Origin: Chiloscyllium plagiosum
Lineage: Eukaryota
Reading direction: 5' to 3'
DNA: 52,451 nt
Assembly: GCF_004010195.1 (NCBI RefSeq)
Contig: NC_057719.1
Location: forward strand, 65,219,866 to 65,272,316
Shown here: positions 37,762 to 49,208 of the stretch, one piece after another
Numbering within the stretch: the first letter of the stretch is position 1
Layout: each line of letters opens with the position of its first letter
Notes under the pieces: model-generated
Databases searched by the model: none
Told to the model about the DNA's origin: nothing
What the model saw: only the letters and a program-made list of their open reading frames with translations
Made by a program: the position numbers and the translations under genes

Positions 37762-38106
37762 TCTCATGTGACTCAGCCAATATTGTCTATCTCATATGCT
37801 GCAGGCATGTACATTGGCGAAACCGAGCAGAAGCTATCGCAATGGATGAATGTACATTGCACAACAATGAACAGACAGAAGTGTTCCTCTCAGTCGGGGA
37901 ACACTTCAGTGCTCCAGGACATTTGACTTTGGGCCTTTGGGTGACCATCCTCCAAAATGGACTTTGGGACAGGCAACAACACAAAGTGGCTGAGCAGAGG
38001 CTGATAGCCAAGTTCGGTACCCATGGGGATGACCTCAACCGGGACCTTGGTTTCATGTCACACTACAGGTGACCCCACTGCAATACACATGCGCACGCAC
38101 ACATAT

Positions 38107-38191
<85 letters not shown>

Positions 38192-38888
38192 CAGGCCCTC
38201 TCTCATGCATAAGCTCTCTCTCATACACTCACACATATACTCCCCCGACACACACACCCTCACCCTCTAACAGATATATACCCTATTACACTTACACACA
38301 GACACCACTCTCTCACAGACACTCATACCCCCCCACACTCCCTCACATACATGCACTCTCTTCCCTGCACACACAGACAGACACACACACACAGACACAC
38401 AGAAATTTGTGGGGTGAATTTGTACATGCAGAATTACATTTTATTTTGCTCAAAAACTGCATAAATCCATGTAAGATTCTGTAACTCCCACTTTAGAAAT
38501 AGAACCAGTCTGACCTAACACTGGGACACAGGCAGACTTTAACTTCACACCTTCAATGTATTATCTGAGCTGAGATGGTGCCTATTTTTAAAAGCCATCT
38601 TGAGAATGTAACTTTAAAATAGTTCTGGGATTTACATATGAAGGAACCAAAACTAACATTATCTTTCTAAAACGTGAGAGACTTAAGCCAAATTTGTTTA
38701 ACATTACATTCCACTGTAATCCTATTGCTATCAGTTCTGTGTTGTATGATTCTGCTCCACAACCACGTGATGAAGAAGCAGTGCTCCGAAAGCTAGTACT
38801 TCCCAATAAACCAATTTGACTATAACCTGGTGTTGTGTGATTTTTAACTTTGTCCACCTCAGTCCAACACCAGCTCCTCTAAATCATG
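37762..38888 (+). mobile_element. Family-B PLE 3' part: GIY-YIG relic, CA microsatellite, 3' UTR with decayed HHR and tail
   Basis: SCDSANIVYLICCR..YIGETEQKL and VGEHF..PGH...EQRLIAKFGTHGDDLNRDLGF; HHR relic gtgatgaagaagcagtgctccgaaagcta at ~38767-38795. Confidence 0.9.
38085..38187 (+). repeat. (CA)n microsatellite inside the PLE 3' UTR
   Basis: Seen directly. Confidence 0.95.
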
Positions 38889-39383
38889 ACTAATAAAAGT
38901 TATATAGTTTAAAAGTCCTTGGAGTTGTCAAGGTATTAGAACCTGAGACCACGGTTATTTTATTGTTGACTGAAATCCTCAGCAGTAGTGACACGTGTAA
39001 ATATTGTTTGAATTCTTGGTAAATGATTGTTTCCCCAATTTGCATTTTCATCAGCTGCTCTTTTCAGGATGATGAGAGAGGTGGGGAGAGAAATTCTTTC
39101 AATCCTTGCTTTTACTAATCCATGTTCTTTTTCTTTGTTTCGTTGATCAAAAGTTTCTGATGAAATATAGCTCATTGTGTATTGATGAACCTGTCTCCAA
39201 TGTCTTTCCGAGTAGGCAAGTCATTCATTCCTAATATCATGTTTATGTGAAGTAAAGCAGGAAATGCCAATTTATTGATGCTAACTCAATTGCCTGGTAT
39301 CAATCCTTTTCAATAAAATGGTAAATTCAATGCCAATGTCTTTGTTTATTGCACATGGATCTCCACAAAAGGGAACCTCTGCC

Positions 39384-39433
39384 TTAGGTCAAGTGACCAC
39401 TGCAGCTATTTTAGGTCAAGTGACCACTGCAGC
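39384..39433 (+). repeat. 27-bp-period tandem duplication
   Basis: ttaggtcaagtgaccactgcagc at 39384-39406 and 39411-39433. Confidence 0.9.
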
Positions 39434-39669
39434 CATTTAAGATCAATTTTTCTTTTTTAAAAGCATTTTACTTCATGAAGAGTCATTAGTATAACAATCA
39501 GCTGATGAGTATTAACATTTTTCAGTGCCACAATCATAAAACTTAAGATTCACAAAGTAAATTCTATTTGTTTTCCAATCTTGATTCATTTGCAAGAATA
39601 TCACTCTCAATGTCTCTTCTCAACAATTTGAGCAATAAAAGGCAAGATCACTTTACGCCATTGACCTCA

Positions 39670-40845
39670 TTTTATCTAGCGATCTCCTCCTGCCCCAATG
39701 CCTCCAAGGTGATAGTCTCCTAGCCCCACATAGCTCACCTCTACCTCCTTCTGAAAATCCACAAACAGGACTATCCAGGAAGTCCCATTGCTTCAGCTTG
39801 CTCCTGCCCCACAAAGCTCATCTCTTCCTACCTTGACTCTGTCTTTTCCCTTCGTCCAGTCCCTGCCCATGTCCATTTATGATTCCTCAGACGTTTTACG
39901 TCAGTTTTGGAATTTCCAGTTTGCAGGCTCCGGATGCCTCCTCTTTACCATGGACATGCAAACCCTTTACACATCCTATCCCCCCCGGGATAGTCTCAGG
40001 GCTCTCCGCTTCTTTCTGGAGCAAAGGCTTGAACTGTCCTCACCCACCACAACCCTCCTCCGCTTGGCCGAGCTCGTCCACACCCTCAACAACTTCTTTT
40101 TTAACTCCTCTCACTTTCTTCAGGTCAGAGAATACATGCCTGGGCTCCAGTTAAGTGGGGTACATGGAGAATTCCTTGTTCCAGTCCGATGCTGGCCCCC
40201 ACCCACAACCATTTCTCTGATATATTGATGATGTCATAAGTGCTGCTTCCCTTTCTTGTCTGGAATTGGAAACATTAATCAAATTCACTTCCAACTTCCA
40301 TACCTCCCTCACCTTCACCAGGTTTATCTTTGACTTCTCCCTTCCCTTCCTCAGCACCTCTGTTTCTATTTCTGGGAATGGACTGGCCACCAATATCTGC
40401 TATAAGCCCACTGACTCCCACAGCCACCAGCACTATACATCCTTGCACCCTGTTTTTTGTAAAGACTCCATTCTATTCTCCCAGTTCCTCCATCTCCATT
40501 GCATATGTTTCAATGAAGCCATCTTTGACAGGAACTCGCCAAAATGTCCACCTTCTTCCTCAACTAAGGATGCCCCACCACTGTTGTCGATAGGGCCCTC
40601 AACCGGGTCCAACCCATCTCTTGCACTTTCGCCCTCGCCCCTCTCTTCCCTCCTGCGATAGGATTCCTCTTGTCCTTACCTACGATCCCAACAGCATCTA
40701 CATCCAGAAGATCATCAGCAGTCATTTTGGCCAAATCCAGTGATTTGCCAACACCAGATACACATTTGCCTCCCCTCCCTTGTCTGCTTTCTGCAGGGAC
40801 CCGCAGGGACCATTCCCTCTGGACACCCTGGTCCACTCTTCCTTC
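39670..40845 (+). mobile_element. Older PLE reverse-transcriptase pseudogene fragment
   Basis: LYLLLKIHKQDYPGSPI, FTMDMQTLYTS, YIDD (tatattgatgat at ~40219), YKPTDSHSH. Confidence 0.9.
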
Positions 40846-41315
40846 AATCAGTAGAAAGAACATTAATTTGATAAAATTGGATGATCCACCAAAGTATCAT
40901 AGAGCAAATGCCTGTCCAATGGCTAAGGTGCAAAGCAGGATGGTTGTAATTATCAAAGATTCTGTATTTAATTAGATGGAAGGCCGAGTAATCTTCGCAG
41001 TCATGACTGAGATTCCTGAAGGGTGAGTTGACTTCACCGTCCTGGGTTAAAGAAGATGACTGGAAAAGAATGTGGAAAGGGAATAGGATTGATCTAGATA
41101 GTGCTCCATGTCAGAAGCAACAAAATGGGAGATATTGAGGGAGGAGACCTGCTGGAAGATGCTTCAGGATTTGGAAGTTAAATTGAAGAGCAGGATATCA
41201 TCAGTCAGCATCTTGGGATTAGGAAAATCAACATGTGTCTAGGGGGGTGTATGCAAAGAAACTGTTCTATTTTGTGTGGCTGGGATCAAAAGAAGCTACA
41301 ATACTGAGATGGGCT

Positions 41316-42576
41316 ACCTGACCAGGAAGTCATGGAGGGAACGGTCTTTGTGGAAAGCGAAAATGGGTGGGGAGGGAAATATATCCCTGGTGTTTGGAGG
41401 TGGCGGAAATATCGTCGGATGATGTGGTTGATGTGAAGGTTGGTAGGATGGAAGGTGAGCACCAGGCCTTGTTACGGTTGGAGGGGTGGGGTTTGAGGGC
41501 AGAGGGGCGGGATGTGGATGAGATGCGTTGGAGGGTATCTTTAACCACGTGGGAAGGGAAATTGCGGTCTCTAAAGAAGGGGGCCATCTGGTGTGTTCTG
41601 TGTTGGAACTGGTCTTCCTGGGAGCAGATATGGCGGAGGCAGAGGAATTGGGAATACGAGATAGCATTTTTGCAGGAAGTAGGGTGGGAAGAGGTGTAAT
41701 CCAGGTAGCTGTGGGAGTCGGTGGGTTTGTAAAAAATGTCAGTGTCAAGTCAGTCATCATTAATGGAGATGGAGAGGTCCAGGAAGGAGAGGGAGGTGTC
41801 AGAGATGGTCCAGGTGCATTTAAGGTCGGGGTGGAATGTGTTGGTGAAGTTGCTGAATTGCTCAACCTCCTCACGCGAGCACGAGGTGGCGCCAATGCAG
41901 TCATCAATGTAGCGGAGAAAGAGGTGGGGAGTGGTACCGGTGTAACTATCGAAGATGGACTGTTCTATGTAGCCAACAAAGAGACAGCGTCCCCCAACAA
42001 CCCACCCTCCCTTCCTGGCACCCTCCCCTGCCACCACAGGAATTGCAAAACCTGCGCCCACACCTCCTCCCTCACCTCCATTCAAGGCCCCAAAGGAGCC
42101 TTCCACATCTATCAATGTTTTACCTGCACATCCACCAATATCATTTATTGTACCGGTTGCTCCCAATGCGGTTTCCTCTACACTGGGGAGACTGGATGCC
42201 TCCTAGCAGAGCGCTTTAGGGAATATCTCCAGGACACCCACACCAATCAACCACACCGTCCTATGGCCCAACATTTCATCTCCCCCTCCCACTCTGCCGA
42301 GGACATGCAGGTCTTGGGCCTCCTCCACCGCCAATCCCTCACCACACGAAGCCTGGAGTAAGAATGCCTCATCTTCCGCCTCGGAAGACCTCAACCCTTT
42401 GGCATCAATGTGGATTTCACCAGTTTCCTCATTTCCCCTTTCCCCACCTCACCCCAGCTCCAACCTTCCAGTTCAGCACCCCCCGCTCCTCAGTTGCTGC
42501 CTGACCTGCTGTGCTTTTCCATCACCACTCTAATCTAGACTCAGGTTTCCAGCATCTGCAGTCCTTGTTTTTACCT
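41316..42576. mobile_element. PLE with inverted RT segment (41316-41987, minus) joined to GIY-YIG and tail (41988-42576, plus)
   Basis: Minus strand LFLRYIDDCIG; plus strand CKTC...FTCTSTNIIYCTGCSQCGFLYTGETG...ERFREY; the HHR segment is deleted at ~42480. Confidence 0.9.
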
Positions 42577-42659
42577 ACTCCCAACTTGGGCTGAGAACTC
42601 AGTTCTAGTGGATAACTAGGACTGTAAATAACGCTTTTTCTTTAAAGTAATAACATAGG

Positions 42660-45560
42660 GATGTGTGAATAAACTGCAAGGTCTCTATTAATAACCAAAA
42701 CAGGAAAAATAATAAGAAAGGAAAATGATAATACAAATGGTCAGAGACTGGATATAATTATACAGCTAAAAATTAAGATAATTAATTAAAATACCAGAAA
42801 AGTAGAACAATTGAAATCATTGACATGGCAATGTACATTATACTGAAAACCAAGAGATGAACAGGAATTAATAATTTGTGGAGAGAACCCTGATTTACTT
42901 ATGATGACTGAAACATGGATATGAAAAGAAAAGGATTGGTAAGTAAATATTATATTTAGAAAATATAGGAATGGGAGAAAATAAGAGTAGACTGTTAGTT
43001 AAATGAAGCCGAGTCATGGGGGAGAAAAGGTGGAGACAGAATCCATATCGATTGAGTTTAAGTGATCTATCATCCTAATAGGGGTACATTATAGAGCGAC
43101 TAATAGTGGAAAAAAATTGGAGAAATAAATACATTGGGCAAGTTTACAAATTGAGTAGCGGACATAAAGGAGATTTCAACCAACCTTAAATACATCAACA
43201 GGAAGATGTGAAAGAAAGAAAGGGGATTCAGTTTTCATGGTGTGTGCAGACTCCTTTCTTATTCAGTGGGAGGTGACCTACCATCAGGCTTTGCCTTCAA
43301 CAGGGTGTTTGTTAGTTCCCGTAACATAAGAGTTAAACATAGGTAACATGGTATTGAACAATTTGGCAGATATTTATTGCAGCTCCTGATATATACTTCC
43401 AAGATGGCACTTTAGTGTCAAGTTTAATATTAAGCTATTCAAATAGGCGCAGTAGCACACTTGCATCATGCTTCAAACGTCCCCAGTTCAGATGGCGCCT
43501 GAGACCTTTACACCATCATGTATGATATGGTGATATTATCATGACCATGCCTCTTAAACTGCTTTCCTACTGTGAGTCAGGTAATATTTAAGAAAGGTGA
43601 TGGGGTTCTTACCATGCAGCCCCAGGCCATTTCCTTCGAGGAAAGACCACCAAATTAAGCATCAAAATAGGCACTTTATGGCCAGAAGTGAGTCTTCACC
43701 AGGATCATGACCCAGAACTGCCTTTCTACTAGAGGTTGGTAGCTAAGTATTCCAGGCAGTGCCACTGAGGAATCAATAATCACTGCTGACAATGCTCCTG
43801 GGGATTCCGAGGAGGCTGAGGGAACAAAGGCTGAGGGAACTGAGATGGCATGTTAAGGGTCAGGGGTAGGATCAAGGGTGATATGGTTGCCAGAAAAGGC
43901 AGGTGGCAGTCTCTCTGTAAGCCTCCCATCTGCCTCCTTCCTGATCAGGCATCAAGTGCCTTTGAAAGGTGACTCCATCTCCCTTAGCCCACATGTGATA
44001 TACATGTGATGCAGGTTTTGCTAGATGGTCTGGAATTGATTGCCTAGTCCTTTAGGACGGTAATGTTTGCTCTGCTTGCTGCTGTTTGAATATCAGTCAT
44101 GGCAGGTTGAGGCCTTAAAATGGCATTAATTATAATTGGCAGACGGGTAGAAAGACCACCCATGAACTTAACTTCAGACCTAACTGGGATAAGTTGGGAT
44201 GCCACCAGGCATGCTTCCACCCAAGTAATTGCACACCCCACCTTCAACATGGTGGGCAATAAACTCTTGCAAAAAAAAGAATCACTCCTGGATTTTGTAA
44301 TGGGTAGTAATTGGAGATGTTGGTAGGAGAGCACCTTAATAATAGTGCTCACAATACAGTAAGATTCAGGATTAGAATCGCATAGCAGAAGTAGATCAAA
44401 TACTAAGATAGTGGTTTGGAAAAGAACAAATTGAAAATGAAAATGGGACCAAAGATGGTAAACTGGTAGAAAACCTTGCAAAACAAAAACAAAACAGCAT
44501 GGGCCCTCTTTAGAAGTGTTAACTAATAGAGGTCAAAAGAAATGTCATCCACTAAAAGGCAAGAGAAGTTGTACAAACTGGAAAATGCATATTAATCTGC
44601 ATGGCCCTGTTGTTTCCAAGATGGTGTCTGGCAAGTCAATCAGCTCAAGGTGAAGATAGGTGTTGAAAATACATGTTGATCTTGTCAGCGATGTTCCCTA
44701 TTTCGTGAATGAATAAGAAAAAAGAATTTCAACTGGACCTTGTCAAGCTGCACTTAAAGTGCATGCACAGTTTGGTTTGCCATACAAGGGAACTAAAAAG
44801 AGAGAAGCACTGGATTCAGTGCAAAAGAGATTTATAGGGCTGCTACTAGAACTGAGAGCGATTACAGCTGACGAGAATGATTGACCAGGTCAGCACTATT
44901 TTATTCATAAGAAAAGCAGTGGAAGTAATCTGCCAGGTGTCTTTAATGTCATAAATGGATTGGACAAAGTGGATAGAACAGAATATTTCCACAGTGGCAA
45001 ATCCATGTTTAGGGTAATAATGTGAGATAATTATTTACAAATCTAATAATGAAAATAAGGAAACATTTCTTTGTGGGGGAGGTGACGGCTTAGTGGTACT
45101 TTCGCTGCTCTGTTAGTCCAGAGACCCAGATAATGCTTTGTGGGACCCAGCTTCAAATCCTTCTATGGCAGATGGTGGAATTTGAATTTGACAAAAATTT
45201 AGAAATAAGTGTTGAAAGGGACTGTGTACCCATTGTCGATCCTTGAGGAAAACCAATCTGGTTCACTAATGTCCTTTAGGGAAGGAAACTGCCAACCTTA
45301 CCTGGTCTGGCCTAAACGTGACTCCAGATCCACAACAATGTGGTTGATTCTGAACTGCCCTCTGGGCAATTGGGAAGGGCAATAAATGTAGGCCTAGCCA
45401 TTGACATGCTCACCTCTTGAATGAATAGAAAAGATAAATATTCAGAGAGTGGTTAATATTTGAAACTTGCCACCACAGAATGCTGTTGAAGCAAGTAGCT
45501 TAGATTGTTTCAAGAGGAAACTAATGATTACATTAGAGAAAACAGTATAGAAAAATATAT
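42660..45560 (+). mobile_element. Ancient CR1 ORF2 relic (AP endonuclease to 3' end), interrupted at ~43270-44250 and by a SINE
   Basis: Decayed endonuclease motifs PDLLMMTETW, GVHYRATNS, GDFN, LLDFVMG, then RT C-terminal VQKRFIGLLLEL. Confidence 0.65.
45075..45435 (+). mobile_element. tRNA-derived SINE sharing its 3' end with the 27590-32645 LINE
   Basis: Head ggggaggtgacggcttagtggta...cttcaaatcc; tail gggcaataaatg.aggcctagcca.tgac..ctcac..cttgaatgaat. Confidence 0.8.
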
Positions 45561-45566
45561 GGAGAG

Positions 45567-45882
45567 ATGGTACAGTGACACAGTAGTTAGCATTGCTGCC
45601 TCACAGCACCAAGTACCCGGGTTCAATTCCAGCCTTGGGCGATTGTCTGGGTGAAGTTTGCACATTCTCCCCATGTCCTTTGGGTGTTCCAGTTTCACCC
45701 CACAGCCCAAAGATTAGGTGGATTAGCTATGCTAAAGATTGCCCCATAGTATCCAGGGATGTGCAGATTAGGTGGGTTAGCCATAGGATTTACAGGGATG
45801 GGATGGATCTGGATGGGATGATCCTTTGAGGATTGGTGGGTTGAAAAGCCACTTTATCTACTGCAAGGGTTCTATAATTCTG
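45567..45882 (+). mobile_element. HE1-type SINE
   Basis: gttagcattgctgcctcacagcacca..gggttcaattcc; gtttgcacattctcccc. Confidence 0.85.
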
Positions 45883-48419
45883 TGACTTTCAGAAGATGTG
45901 GATGGTGTAAAGTGACTCATCTGGAGTATAACCACTCACATTGCCTTTCCCATGCTGTATGTTGTCTGTACTTCTATTTCAAATAATTTGTGAGAATGTT
46001 CAGGAGATGAGAATGTAAGAAACATTAAGGATGAGGAAAAAGCAATTTTCCCTATCAAAGCTTATTCCTCCAGTATACAAATTCCATCAATAATTTGACT
46101 GAAGGCATCTTAAGTATCTGCAATGTTTTTGCCTCTACAGTCCATCTAAGGAACTGTTTTAAATAACAATCACTTTTAAGAGAAGAAGCTTTTTTTTTGA
46201 AAATGTCTTTCAAAATAGTTTCCCACTAGCCTAAATAATGTGCTAGTGGTGGGCTTTTGGCATGGAAACAGTGGGAGGAATGGTGGGATGGTATTGGTAT
46301 GTATAGCTTAAAGAGATGACACAGGAGGAATGGAATGTGATAGCATCCAAACAAGTATCATTGTAATAGAGATGTTAATTGCACCACAAATATTTTTTGA
46401 GTCTCTGATAGTTTAAAACAATATAATTAGAAATTCCCTCTGTGAATGATCTCCTCTGCTAATTGAAGCTCATGTATCACAAAAAATGGCGTAACATTTG
46501 TATCCCTTAGAATCACAGTAGAATTTTTAATTGACCTGCAGCACAATAATTGCTCAGTAAATATATTGTTAACCGGAGCAAATTAGATAATACCAGATGT
46601 TGCCTAAAACTGACAGTCACCACTAACACAGCATAACCCTGAATCTTATCCCATCTGCCTGATAGGAACATAGCAGGTAAGTAGTGAAAATGATGCCAGC
46701 ATTCAAAACATGGCCTTGTCTGTTGCCATTTTAAATGACACAATTTGGAGGGCAGACTGAAGTTAACTTCATGTATGTATTAAATTCTGAGTCCTCTGTT
46801 GCAATTCAGAACAGTAAACTATTTTAATTAAAAGTTGCAGATATCCTACCCAATATGTGAACCAGCAATAATATTTGGCAGGATTAATCTATCAGAACTA
46901 TTTAGTTTTAAAGACTTTGTAATCATGGAGAGCAGATGAATACTTTTTAACAGTGGGAACACTGAATATGTTGATCAGACTGTTCAAAGTTTAAGTTCCC
47001 AGCGTTTGCAATGTGATTCCCGCAAGCTGCTATTTTTACTGCAGTGTTACACTGTCACTGTGGGAAAAGAAAATAACAGAAATATTTCTACTGATAGTGA
47101 ATTTCCAACCTGGAAAAATGATCCAAGTGGCTGCTCACATTCACCAACTTATCTACTGATAAACTAAACTTAGCCCGTTCAGTATTATTCAGGAAGTTCA
47201 GCTATTTAGCTGAGTACAGACCAACATGCAGCCTTTGGATAAGGATATACTTTCTCAGTGGTAGCTACAAATTACAATCAAATAGCAAGTTGGTAACACT
47301 ATCTCCTTATTTTCATCCTTTGCAAATGAAATTCATGGAACTGTATACCACAGTGTCATGGTGACACTGCTAAACCTATCTATCTTCACATAGAACCATC
47401 TGCTTTTCTGAGAAAGGTAGCTAATTCCAGCCAATGTCAAACTTAGATAAGAGTTCTGCACCATTGTGCAATGATGGATATAGTATGAGCAGACTGTACA
47501 GAGATCTTCCAGCTTCTGTTGGTGTTACATGGACACAGTTGGAACCCAGAGTAATATGTATTTTTGAAATTATACCTTTCCCACTGGGTCAATGAAAAAC
47601 CACTGTTATGGAAAACACCAGCTGTCTTCTCTGATTTTTGGCAAACCTTTTCCTATTTATCATCTCTTCATAACTCTGTGCTAATAATTTCTCCTATCTT
47701 TAAGGATAACTTAATGTCCCTCATTAACTGGCAATAAGATGCTGGTCAGCGGGATTGCTTTTCTGTCCCATGGATCTCTCTGTGATATGTGAAGATGCCC
47801 GTTCCCATGGCTTTTCTATCTGCAACATTGCGACCTCCTCCTTGAAGCTGGCAGCCTTGCCAAGCATCAAAATACTACCCCGCACTACCTTTCTGCTGGG
47901 GTTGCACTTATTAGTCTCAATATGGTCTTGAGGTATGTGTATTGTTTATCTATGCAAATGTAGAACTTTTCATTGCACAACAAAAAAAAGTATGGGGACC
48001 AATCTTCGCATTTATGTTGTGCATTGTTCAATAGTGCTTGCATGTGTTTGTCCAGGGATGGCATGCAAATTCTAATTTGAGTAGTTTGGTATTGGTCTAC
48101 ACTGAAACAGTCTGTCAATGGACTGACTTCCCAATCAAAGGCCACAATGGCATCACTGGTGAACTCCAAGATACAATCAGCCAGAGTTGACAGCAGATGG
48201 TCAGCTCAGATGGATCACTCATTTTTGTGTAATATTGGAACACATGATGGATTTTAGCCACAGATAAAAGTGGAAAATAATTTCTATGAATATGTAGTCC
48301 AAAACAGCCACACAGATGTAAGGCCATTAATTGGCTAATTTAGAATAACTTACTGCTTTCAAACTCTACACAACTGTACTTAATTCCCATAGTATTTTGT
48401 TTGATAAGGTATGTTTTGC

Positions 48420-48875
48420 TGTTCATTGGTAGCACACTTTGATTTGAATCAGATGATAATGGGTTTAAGCTCCATCCCAAAGGCTTTCAAGCATAATTTA
48501 AACTACAGAGGTAGATCTCTATTCATGGAAGTGACATTCATTTGAGTCCCACTCTCTGCTATGGTTGATGTAAAAGATCCCATGGGACTATTTTGAAGGA
48601 GGCGAAAGTGAGGACTGCAGATGTTGGAGATTAGAGTCAAGAGTGTGGTGCTGGAAAAGCACAGCAGTTTACGCAGCATCCGAGGAGCAGGAAAATCAAT
48701 GTTTCTGGAAAAAGCCCTTCATCATTCCTTTTGCTTGAAACGTTGATTCTCCTGCTCCTCGGATGCTGCCTGAACTGCTGTGCTTTTCTAGCACCACATT
48801 CTTGACTATTTTGAAGGAGAACAGGGGAAGTTATCCTAGTATCCTCAGTCAATATTTATGTCTCAGTTTAAAAGA
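48420..48875 (+). mobile_element. SacSINE1/DeuSINE-type SINE interrupted by a mini-PLE
   Basis: Deu-like gatgtaaaagatcccatgggactattttgaaggagaacaggggaagttatcc..gtcaatatttat. Confidence 0.75.
48600..48805. mobile_element. Family-A fold-back mini-PLE with decayed HHR
   Basis: 35-nt tail on the left; inverted arms; direct repeat gactattttgaagg at 48586-48599 and 48804-48817. Confidence 0.9.
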
Positions 48876-48892
48876 AAAATCAGAACACCTTA

Positions 48893-49208
48893 TTTTTTCA
48901 TTCATTCACTGGATGTGGGTGCCACTGACTAGTCGAGCATTTATTGCCCATCCCTAATTGCCAAGAGGGCAGTTACGAATCAAATACATTGCTGTGGGTC
49001 TGAAGTCATATGTAGGCCAGACCAGGTAAGGATGGGAGTTTCCATCCCTAAAGAACATTAGCGAGCCAACTGGGTTTTTCCTCTGACAATCAACAATGGA
49101 TCATCATTAGACTCTAGATTTTTATTGAATTCAAATTCCGTGGCGAGGTTTGAATCCGGGTCTCTGGATTAATAGTCCAGCGATAATACCACGTGGCCAT
49201 CACCTCAC
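48893..49208 (-). mobile_element. Second copy of the 45075-type SINE
   Basis: Reverse-complement homology to 45075-45435. Confidence 0.85.

Noticed and set aside
38960..39175. 71-aa minus-strand ORF with ATG and a nearby AATAAA
   Set aside because: No recognisable homology; ORFs of this size are expected by chance.
43270..44250. Insertion interrupting the ancient CR1
   Set aside because: Probably a decayed DNA transposon, but I could not define TIRs, a TSD or coding motifs.
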